This document shows positions 48,706-57,991 of a DNA stretch of 60,226 nt, piece after piece. The position numbers were made by a program, and so were the translations under genes. Under the pieces are notes generated by a model. The model had not been told where the DNA came from. It worked only from the letters and a program-made list of their open reading frames with translations, and ran no database searches. Origin of the DNA: a virus (lineage: Duplodnaviria; Caudoviricetes); the IMG/VR virus record IMGVR_UViG_3300025018_000009, positions 1 through 60,226 of that record; one strand, 5' to 3'. Every line of letters begins with the position of its first letter. Within the stretch, counting starts at the first letter, position 1.

Positions 48706-49695
48706 TTGAAAACACGAGGAATCAATCATGCAAGTATTTTTCAGCAAAGCCGAACGCGACAACGACAACGGGCAACCTACGAGCGTCATCACCGTCAACG
48801 ACGAAACAGGCGACGAAATCGGAACGATCGAAGCGCAATATCAACAAGGCGTACACGGGCCGATGGATCGATCATGGCACTGCATCGGGTACAATTTCGA
48901 GTGCTGGATTTGCGATGTCCCGAACATGCACGAAGTCCGAGACAAAGACGACAACTCGGCGCATTCGGCGCTTGCTCGACTGAAGCGCCGAATCAGGGAA
49001 GCAATCAAACACGCAAACGATAAACAGGAAGGCGGCGAATGATGCGAATGGTTGATCCAAGGGGCGTATATCTTTCGTACTGCGATTCGTGTCATCACAG
49101 CGAGCAAACAAACTTCACGATTTGCCCAAACTGCAATCACGACAACGGCGATCAACTTCGGCAAGTCGAATGCGCGGACATTCATCACAACGGCGACTAC
49201 GGCAAGCAATGTCAGAACGATCAATGTTGGAAATCAGAGAAAGGCGGCGAATGATGCACGGAAACATCGACAACATCCGCGACGATATGATGTATTCGTT
49301 GTGTCAGTACATGATGCTCGGATACCCCGTCGGCGGGTTCCTCGAAGCGGTACTCAGCAACAACCTTGTGAACGTCGCGACGCTCGCGGACAGCGACAAT
49401 CAAAGGTGCCTGTTCGAGTACGCGAAGTTCATGTATGCCGTCATGCCGATGGAATCACGCAACAGCAAAGAGAACATCGAAAAATGGCAGGAGGCACGAC
49501 GAACGAACCCGATCGAACCTTCGCAGTTCAGATTCATCTCGGACAACTCGCGACGAATCGCGAATCAGGTCTGGGATGCGCATATCAATCGCGACAAACG
49601 AGCGGAAACTTTGCACGAATCACATTATTGTCACCCTTCGCACGACGGCGAAGATTGAATCAATCGCACACACTCAACAAGGAAAGAAAATCAGC

Positions 49696-50310
49696 ATGGC
49701 ACAGACACGACTCACAAACTCGATCCGAAATGACATTCGCAATCATTTGATCGATGCGAAGTTCAAACCGATTCAGGATCAGTTGAAGCAGGACAAAATC
49801 GAACTCGCTCAGAAAATGTACAACCAACTCGTCCCCGATGATTTGCAGAAAATGATCGGCAAGTTCCCGTTCGGGTGGTTCAAACAAGCGTCGCATTTCA
49901 AAGTCGCGATCGACGGGAGAACTTTCGATTTGCGGATGGACGCACAACAACCCGTACCGAGTTCGCACACAACCTATTCGGTTGACGACAAACTCAGTTT
50001 CAACAGCCGAAACGATCGAGGCGAACGCAAACAGTTGGGCAAGCAACTCGCAGCGATCATGGATCGATCAGAACAGCACAAAAAAGATCACGCGAAAGCG
50101 ATGATCGATATTGATGCGGTGCTGAACTCGGTCAACACGCGCAAGCGCTTGCTCGAAGTGTGGCCCGAACTCGAACCGACGCTCGATCGTGTGTGGCCCG
50201 AAGATCAACCGATGAAAGTCGCGCCGGTACTCGCCGTGAAAATGGACGAGTTGAACAAGTCGCTTGAACTGCCTGAGCATAAACGATGCAGAAAGGGGGC
50301 GAAGAAATGA
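49696..50310 (+). CDS. Nmad5-like (nucleotide-modification-associated) protein
   Basis: RLTNSIRNDI N-terminus and LNSVNTRKRLLEVWPE C-terminal motif. Confidence 0.65.
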   Translation: MAQTRLTNSIRNDIRNHLIDAKFKPIQDQLKQDKIELAQKMYNQLVPDDLQKMIGKFPFGWFKQASHFKVAIDGRTFDLRMDAQQPVPSSHTTYSVDDKLSFNSRNDRGERKQLGKQLAAIMDRSEQHKKDHAKAMIDIDAVLNSVNTRKRLLEVWPELEPTLDRVWPEDQPMKVAPVLAVKMDELNKSLELPEHKRCRKGAKK

Positions 50311-51344
50311 ACCCGACACGCCGACAACGATTCGCTGCATGGTGGGGCAACAAAACGCTGATGCGTTTCAGTCACCCCGAATACAATCGTTCGAGCGATA
50401 TGTATGTGTCGTTCGCAGATCAAACGCAACTCGCGAAGTGGTCACACGATCGCGGGCACAATTTCACCGAGGATACGCTTTGGTTCGGTGAGCCGGTCGG
50501 CATTCGTGCGAACACGAAACAACACACGATCGAACACATTCATTCGGTCGCAAAGCACTACGGCATCATCCCGGTCATCGACCCGGAGGAAGTCGCGCCG
50601 AGTGTTCGCGAACTCAAACCGGGGGCGTCAGAATGAAACGATTGCAAGGATGGGAATGCCCGAGGTGTCATGCGGTGCTTGCTCCGTTCATGCCGGCTCG
50701 CTGCATTGCTTGTTTGCTGTGATCGACCCGACACGGACAAGGTTCGCAAATACATCGAAGGGTTCAACTAATGGCAACGGACAAAAGTGATTCGGAATTG
50801 TATGTCGATAATGATTCAAGTGAAGATTGCGATTCTTGCTTTCGATCGCTCGTAGGACTCAAACACATAAGCGGAATAAATAGTTGTTGCGGGGGTGGGT
50901 GCTATCGTCGCTTGTGTTTTGATTGCGTTCGACTCGCAGTTCAATTGATCGAAGAACAGGAAGATAAAAAATGAGTCAATCAGAAATAGACGCAATGAAC
51001 AAACCTCTGCCGATCATCGGCGGGTACTTGCACGGCGAGTACGCATCGTTCGACGGTCACATCATGGTCAAAGAAACCCCGAACGACGAACTGTTGTTGA
51101 TCGGTGACGAGGTTCGATTGCGGGACAAGCACAATCGGGCGTGCGTTGTGAACCCAAGCGAAGGCGAATGGATCAGAACGCGATACACGAAACAGGAAGT
51201 GCATATAAACCTCGGCGCGTTGACAATCGGCGGTTGGTGTTGGTTGCACGAATCATTGGCAAGCAACAAAGCGTACAGCGACCCCGAAACGCAGTCGAAG
51301 ATTTGTCGTTTGATGATGAGCATGTTGTTTGCGGGGTGCATGAA

Positions 51345-51875
51345 ATGAGAATCGCAGTCGTCATCGATATGCAGCCCGGATTCAGTGCAGCGCATGACAA
51401 AATGCTGCGAAAACGAATCGCGAATCGCATTCGTCGGCACAACGAATGCGGCGATCGCGTCATCGTCGTCGAATACAAAGATCACGGCAACACCTACACC
51501 GGCATTATGAACGCGGCATTGGAGAATCGTCATTTCATCGACGACGAAACAGGTCAAGGGTGTGTTGTTGAAAAGAGCGACGACGCGGGCGGGCTTGAAG
51601 TGTTGAAAGCGGCGTACCGCATGAACATCGTTGAACCGTTCCGATTCGTGTTGATGGGCGTGAATACGAACTGTTGTGTGCTTGATACTGCACGCGACAT
51701 CTTGCGCATCGATCCGAACGCATCGGTTGTACTCCCGGTCGGGTGCATGAAATGTCCGCACGACGATCATGTACCGGAACCGCACGCCCCGCCGACGGCA
51801 GCGATGGTCGAAATCTTCTGCAAGGATTTCGAGGGGCGAGCAACCCGCATTTGGGACGAGGATGAAATCGGATAA
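51345..51875 (+). CDS. Isochorismatase-family cysteine hydrolase
   Basis: VVIDMQPGF, conserved K, GVNTNCCVLDTA. Confidence 0.8.
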   Translation: MRIAVVIDMQPGFSAAHDKMLRKRIANRIRRHNECGDRVIVVEYKDHGNTYTGIMNAALENRHFIDDETGQGCVVEKSDDAGGLEVLKAAYRMNIVEPFRFVLMGVNTNCCVLDTARDILRIDPNASVVLPVGCMKCPHDDHVPEPHAPPTAAMVEIFCKDFEGRATRIWDEDEIG

Positions 51876-52158
51876 CACGAAAGGCAATCAATGGAACCAA
51901 TACCATTCAAAGATCAGAACGGAACCCTCGGTCGAGGGGACAACCACGAATCAGTTTCAGAACTCCCGATCTATCGCGGCAAGATGCTGATCGACGAACA
52001 CGGAACAACTGCGGATTGCATCATTTCGTGCTGGTCATTGACGACACCTGAAATCGAAGAAATCACACGCACCGGGCGCATGTATGTCGGGGTCATGGGG
52101 GTATCGCAACCTCCGATCTTCGCGGCGGCATACTCCCCATTCCCGAGGGCGATCCCCG

Positions 52159-52563
52159 ATGCCGATCAAACGAAAGATTGAAACACGCACACGGGTATTC
52201 GTCAACGGCGAAGAGCACGAAGCAATCATCGACGGGGACACCGCGATCATCGACCCAGCGCCGGCGAGGGGCGATACGATCGTGATTCGACAGCAGGGCG
52301 TTCAGGAATCGCCCGAGATCGATTTGCTGGATCGCATCGTGTCGTGTGTCGTCCCGATCGAGGAACCCGCTACAAACGATTCAGGGGCGTTCCTGATCGA
52401 ACATATGCGTTCCTGTCGTTTCCCGCATGTTTCTTGGGGGCGGGCATCCGGGAAAACGCGATTGATGCGCCAGATCATCGAAAAACGAACAAGGGACGCA
52501 CTGATTCGAGCATACGCAGGCAGCGCCGAAACAATCGGGACGATCATCGACCTCGACGCATGA
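52159..52563 (+). CDS. Hypothetical protein with isolated terminase-like Walker A and tail-like motifs
   Basis: VFVNG..APARGDTI; SWGRASGKT. Confidence 0.5.
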   Translation: MPIKRKIETRTRVFVNGEEHEAIIDGDTAIIDPAPARGDTIVIRQQGVQESPEIDLLDRIVSCVVPIEEPATNDSGAFLIEHMRSCRFPHVSWGRASGKTRLMRQIIEKRTRDALIRAYAGSAETIGTIIDLDA

Positions 52564-52849
52564 AGCGCCGAAACAAACACGGAGGGTATACGAAAATGGA
52601 CTACGACAGAATCATCGACCCACAGCCGGAAGCGAATTGGGAACCTCACAATCGAGTTGTTTCGGCGCACAATCGCGGGTCATCGCTCGATTGTTCCGTT
52701 GATGCGATTTGTGACACAAAGGGGTTTCGAGGGATCGCCTTGCATCATCCGATCGGGTCAATGATCGAAACGAAAGGTCGCGTACTCGACGCGAGAGCAA
52801 TCAAGCACGGCACACTTTGGTATTTCAGGTACAGATTGGAACAGACAAC

Positions 52850-53266
52850 ATGAAAGATGGCAAATCAAGAATCGGCGCATCGATGATGATACGGGACGGC
52901 GATCGTGTCCTGTTGTGTCAGCGGGCGCATCACAAATCGTACCCGTATCACTGGTGCGTTCCCGGCGGTCGCATCGAGCAGGGCGAAAACTTTGTTCAGT
53001 GTGCGATCCGCGAACTGCGGGAAGAAACCGGGATCGACCTCACCGATCGGGACGCACTCGAATCGGCGATTGAATACTTCGGCACAGTCGAAGCGTTCGG
53101 GGGAGGTCATTTTCAGTTTTACCAAACGAAACTGCCCAGCGACACAACGATCAAACTCAACAACGAATCGTGCGGGTACGGGTGGTTCACACTCGAAGAA
53201 GCGATTCGCATGAGCAACATCGTTCCTCGCGAAGTGTTTGCGTCGAAAGGGGTGACGATCATATGA
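52850..53266 (+). CDS. NUDIX hydrolase
   Basis: GGRIEQGENFVQCAIRELREETG Nudix box. Confidence 0.92.
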   Translation: MKDGKSRIGASMMIRDGDRVLLCQRAHHKSYPYHWCVPGGRIEQGENFVQCAIRELREETGIDLTDRDALESAIEYFGTVEAFGGGHFQFYQTKLPSDTTIKLNNESCGYGWFTLEEAIRMSNIVPREVFASKGVTII

Positions 53267-53840
53267 AGGCGAAACGACTCAGAGAAAAATCGAACTGCAC
53301 CTCGCAGTCGTGTTTGAACCGGGGATACCCGAAGGCGATCACCGCTGAGGCGATGCAGCACCCCGAACGGTTCGCGTTCGTGCAAGGGGATTCGTACAAA
53401 CTCATTCGGTACGAAAACGAAAACGGGGAGTTGTCGAAACCGATCGAGATCGTGCCGATGAAACGAACCTACACGCGGCGGTTGACTGACGATTGGGTGA
53501 TTCATGTTTGGATCGTCATCAACGAACGCGGGGCAGGCGAGTTGCACATTCATGTCCCGATCGAATACAGCGATTTGCATCAACCGTTCGCGGGGCTTGA
53601 GTTGCATCGGAACTCGAAACCGGAGAACTGGGATCGTGCCCCGACGCGAGAGCATTGCGAAATCATCGGCGGGCCATGCTGGGCCGACGGTACGACGATG
53701 GGCGCTGATGATATACTCAGGCAGCATATGGGCAGGCACGATCCGCTTGCCGAACTCGAAGGGTCAAGCGTTCACGAAATGTATTGGTGGGAGGTCATCG
53801 ATTTCATGCAAACGAATGGGTTGATTGACGAGGACGACGA

Positions 53841-54062
53841 TTGAACTGCCCGAAGTGCAATCACGAACGAATCGGTGTCATCGATTCCCGACCTATGGCG
53901 AAAGAGGCGGCGATTCGTAGGCGAAGGGTGTGCGCCAAGTGTTAATATCGGTTCACGACCTACGAAACGATGATGCACCCGAACGAGCAAAGGCGGGCGA
54001 AGTTGATCCGGTACAAACTGCGGAAGTTCCTCGCGAGGATGCAGACCGAACTTGAAAGTTGA
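53841..54062 (+). pseudogene. NrdR-like Zn-ribbon gene with in-frame TAA at 53943-53945
   Basis: [28 protein letters not shown]. Confidence 0.75.
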
Positions 54063-54470
54063 AAGGGCGAATGAAATGAACGCATTAGACCAGAGGCATG
54101 TAGTCGGGCGAAAGAATCACGAATGCGCATTGTGCGGCGAAACAATCGTGAAAGGTGAACGGCATCGAGTGTTCGTTGGCTCATTCGACGGTGAGATTCA
54201 ACGAACGAGGTATCACGAAGAATGCGATCGCGTCACCGAGATCGACGGTTGGCAATGGCACGATTGGGAGGATTTGAGCGATCAAACTGAGTTCCGCATT
54301 CGTCGCGACGAGATCCGCGTAGCCGCCGAGCATATGAACCCGAACAGTGAACCCTGAATGCAAACTTCGCCGCCTCTTTTGACTTGGTGGACAACTCAAC
54401 CGCGAAAAGGGGTTCCCAAACGCCGATTTGCCGATATACTGTTGACGCACACACTCGCAACGGAAACAGT

Positions 54471-55196
54471 ATGGATCAGCCCGAAACGCCCAACCCGAAC
54501 CACGACCCCGAGCGCCAAGCCGAAGAAGCGCGCCGACTCGCGGCGAATGATCCCGAGTTCGCGGACACCGACGCGACTGAACACGACCCGTACGCGCACC
54601 TTCGCCCTCACCAGTTCAAACCGGGACAATCAGGCAACCCGGCGGGTCGTCCTCCGGGGATTCGTTCGCTCGCGAAGCGGATGCGCCAAGCCGGTACATT
54701 GCGCCCTGCTGACATTGATGCGTTCAAGGCCCTCGCAAGCAAACTCGGCATCGACGAACCGACATTGAAGGGGATGGACATCATCGATCTGTTGTCGGTG
54801 TCTACTTTCCTGCACGCGATCAGCGGCAAATCGGCAGCGCTCGCCCAAGTCACGCGAACGCTCACCGGGTCGGTGCTGTACACCCCGAACGACTCGAAGG
54901 ATAAAAAGCCCGACGATTATCGAAACGACGCGATTCAGTTCTACGAAGCGGTGATTGCATCGCCCGACATCGACATCAAGGACAAGATCATCGCACGCGG
55001 GAAACTCGACGCGATTCAAGGGTTGCTCAACGACACCTCGACGATGGGCGCTGAACAAATGGCCGACGAGATTCGCGACTTCCTTGAAATGGCCGAATCA
55101 AGCGTACCCAAATCGCCGAACGATGACGAAGAACAAACTTCGCCGCCTCTTTCGGTACAGGACAACGAATCGCCAACGCAGGTTGATACGCTATGA
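54471..55196 (+). CDS. terS: Terminase small subunit (DUF5681-like motif)
   Basis: FKPGQSGNPAGRP; directly upstream of large subunit. Confidence 0.7.
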   Translation: MDQPETPNPNHDPERQAEEARRLAANDPEFADTDATEHDPYAHLRPHQFKPGQSGNPAGRPPGIRSLAKRMRQAGTLRPADIDAFKALASKLGIDEPTLKGMDIIDLLSVSTFLHAISGKSAALAQVTRTLTGSVLYTPNDSKDKKPDDYRNDAIQFYEAVIASPDIDIKDKIIARGKLDAIQGLLNDTSTMGAEQMADEIRDFLEMAESSVPKSPNDDEEQTSPPLSVQDNESPTQVDTL

Positions 55197-56533
55197 GCAA
55201 ACTTGCACGCTGGTACGATCTTGAATATCACAAACAACAGTCGGGGTACTTTGAATCGAGAACCCGATTCAATGTCACCTACGCGGGCCGTCGATCAGGC
55301 AAGACCGAAATCGCGAAGCGCCGACTTATCAAGCGAGCGCTCGCGTTTCGTGCGTTCCCTGACGGGTATTTTTTCTTTGCAGCGCCAACACTCGGGCAAT
55401 GTCGCGATATCTATTGGAACGATCTCAAACGCATGGTGCCGCCGAACCTGATACGCGGCAAGCCGTACGAAACCGACCTCACGATTCGATTGAAAACCGG
55501 GACAGAGATTCGTTGCATCGGCCTCGATGTGCCCGAACGCGCCGAAGGTCGCCCCGTTGATGGTTGCGTGCTTGACGAGTACGCGAACATGAAACCGATC
55601 GTATGGACGCATCACCTTCGCCCGGCGGTTGACACAAAGAATCGGTTGGGCTGGGTGGATTTCATCGGGGTGCCCGAAGGTCGCAATCACTACTACGATT
55701 TGGTGAAGGACGCAGAAGCAGACGCAACAGGTCAATGGCGAAACTGGCATTGGAAGTCGAGCGACATCCTCGACCCGATGGTCATCGAGGCAGCACGCAA
55801 AGACCTCGACGAGTTGGTGTTCGCACAGGAATACGAGGGTTCGTTCGTGTCGTTCCTCGGGCGTGCGTACTACGGGTTCGAGACTCAGTATTCGACCTAT
55901 CGCGGGCTGCCGTACGATGAGAATCGACCGTTGATTCTTTGCTTTGACTTCAACACCGCGCCGGGCGTGTGCGTGATTTGCCAAGAGCAATATATCCTCC
56001 CGCCGAACATGCCGGGGTTGATTGCACCGTTCACCGCCGTCATCGGCGAGGTGTACATCCCGCAAAACTCAAACACTGAACTCGTAGCGCAGCGCGTGCT
56101 GAACGATTGGAAAGATCACAAAGGCGAGGTTCGTTTGTACGGGGACGCGACCGGCGCGATCAAGAAAACGCAATCGTTGAGCGGGTCAGATTGGGATATC
56201 GTCGAACGAACGCTTTATCCTGTGTTCGGGTCGCGGATGCTGCCGATGTACGGGATGAGCAACCCACGCGAGCGTGCGCGTGTGAACGCGATGAACACAC
56301 GCTGTCGATCAGGCATCAACGGGCAATACGCTCGTCGATTGATCGTTGACCCGACGAAGGCCCCGAACACGGTCAAAGATTTCGAGGGCGTTCGGATGGT
56401 CGAAGGCGGTTCAGGCGAAATCGACAAGAAACACGACAAAAAGTTGACTCACCTCACTGATGCGCTCGGGTACTACATCACCGAGGAATTCCCGGTTCAA
56501 GGCCCCGGACACACGCAAATGGTCGCCATTTGA
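55193..56533 (+). CDS. terL: Terminase large subunit
   Basis: AGRRSGKT, VLDE, G.PEG.NHYY, QEY.GSF, FDFN, HLTDALGY. Confidence 0.92.
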   Translation: MSKLARWYDLEYHKQQSGYFESRTRFNVTYAGRRSGKTEIAKRRLIKRALAFRAFPDGYFFFAAPTLGQCRDIYWNDLKRMVPPNLIRGKPYETDLTIRLKTGTEIRCIGLDVPERAEGRPVDGCVLDEYANMKPIVWTHHLRPAVDTKNRLGWVDFIGVPEGRNHYYDLVKDAEADATGQWRNWHWKSSDILDPMVIEAARKDLDELVFAQEYEGSFVSFLGRAYYGFETQYSTYRGLPYDENRPLILCFDFNTAPGVCVICQEQYILPPNMPGLIAPFTAVIGEVYIPQNSNTELVAQRVLNDWKDHKGEVRLYGDATGAIKKTQSLSGSDWDIVERTLYPVFGSRMLPMYGMSNPRERARVNAMNTRCRSGINGQYARRLIVDPTKAPNTVKDFEGVRMVEGGSGEIDKKHDKKLTHLTDALGYYITEEFPVQGPGHTQMVAI

Positions 56534-56608
56534 CCTTGTGGTCAAGTTTTGGTATCATTATGCCGACGAGGGATGTACCTCGATTCACCCAAACACGGAG
56601 ATTCAGAC

Positions 56609-56800
56609 ATGGCAAACAACAACGCAAAGGGCAGCACGAAAGCGAAGATCACCGCGATTCTTCTGTTGATCGGCGCTGCTGTCACCGCTGCCGCATTCTA
56701 CCTTGACGGCGACGACACTACGCAACCCGATATTGGTGCAGTCGTTGACAGCGCGCAGGATGTGAAAGATCAATTCGGGGACGACGCGATCGAACCTTGA
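56609..56800 (+). CDS. Small single-TM protein (holin candidate)
   Basis: ITAILLLIGAAVTAAAFYL; GGAG RBS. Confidence 0.4.
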   Translation: MANNNAKGSTKAKITAILLLIGAAVTAAAFYLDGDDTTQPDIGAVVDSAQDVKDQFGDDAIEP

Positions 56801-56997
56801 TGGAACCCGCTCATGTCCAACACGCCGAAAGTCCCTGAGAAGGAATATCGACTTCGGGAGTCTTACGCGGCGACCATGTTGGAGATGCACGAAACTTGCG
56901 AGCGGTTGGGGTTGAATTTCATGGTTGAACTGCAATCGCTCGCTGTTTCGTTCAACAAAAAGCACAAACGAAAATCGAAAGCGAAGGGGAAATCAAA

Positions 56998-57267
56998 ATG
57001 AACAAAGCAATTCGAGCGATCGCGATATTCCTCGGCGTGTTGCTGAAAGAACTTCTCCCGACGCTGATTGCTGAATGGAAGAAGCCCCGCAAGACGAAAT
57101 ACCTCGGCGACGATGACGAGGTACGCGATTCGATGAGCGATCAAATCGAGCAAGATGCGATCGATTTTTCAAACAAGAACCCGGACTTCGGAAAGGTCAA
57201 CGATGAACACGAAAATCGAGCAGATGAGATTTTGGGCAGCGACAAAAATGATTCAACGCCGAACTGA
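56998..57267 (+). CDS. N-terminally anchored membrane protein (i-spanin candidate)
   Basis: N-terminal hydrophobic helix; overlaps a lipoprotein gene. Confidence 0.35.
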   Translation: MNKAIRAIAIFLGVLLKELLPTLIAEWKKPRKTKYLGDDDEVRDSMSDQIEQDAIDFSNKNPDFGKVNDEHENRADEILGSDKNDSTPN

Positions 57268-57562
57268 GTTGCATTGCGCCGGCGCTCTCGCTTTCTGGTT
57301 GATTGCCGGGGCGCTGGTGTTGTCGATGACCGGGTGTATCGGCGGCATTCGCCAAGATTCGATCGTCAAAGCGCCCGATGCGCCGATGTTGATTCGCAAG
57401 GTTGACGGTCGCGTGTTCCGCGTGTCGATGTACGATGCAGAAACAAACACGATGGTCGAATACCCCGAGGCGATTCATGTCACCGGGCAACTCGAAGGGT
57501 GGTCGTTGATGAAGTACGATTGGGACGAACTGATTCAACGAAAGGCGAACAGTGGAGAATGA
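57248..57562 (+). CDS. Lipoprotein (o-spanin candidate)
   Basis: Signal ALAFWLIAGALVLSMTG-C. Confidence 0.45.
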   Translation: MIQRRTELHCAGALAFWLIAGALVLSMTGCIGGIRQDSIVKAPDAPMLIRKVDGRVFRVSMYDAETNTMVEYPEAIHVTGQLEGWSLMKYDWDELIQRKANSGE

Positions 57563-57991
57563 ACGCAAATGGGAACCGGGTTGGATCGATCAAATCTCCG
57601 AATGCGGTCGTTGGACTGACATTCTCCCGGTTGACACATTTCACATTCGCGGCGACCTCGATTGCTGGTGCAAGCCCGGAATCGAGATCATTGCACGACC
57701 TGACAACGCCGAACCGATCATCATGGTGAAACACAACCTCCCTCCGCACAGTTGGGTCGGCGGGGCGCTCAAAGACGAGGCCGTCGATTTCAGTTGCGGC
57801 ACGATGGGGGTTCTTGAAGATTTGGACTTTGAAACCGTTGACCCTGCGTACATCGATGACGACACGATGATTTGCGAGGTCTGCGGGTGTATTGAAGATG
57901 ACGACACGCGAAACGCGGGCTGTGTCGGCCCGATCTATTTCGCGTTGGATTTCACCGAGGCCCCTGATCTCGGAGAAAGCGAGAACGAACG

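Noticed and set aside
53943-53945. Genome-wide stop codon reassignment
   Set aside because: TAA terminates core genes normally (e.g. capsid at 5598) and other genes are uninterrupted.
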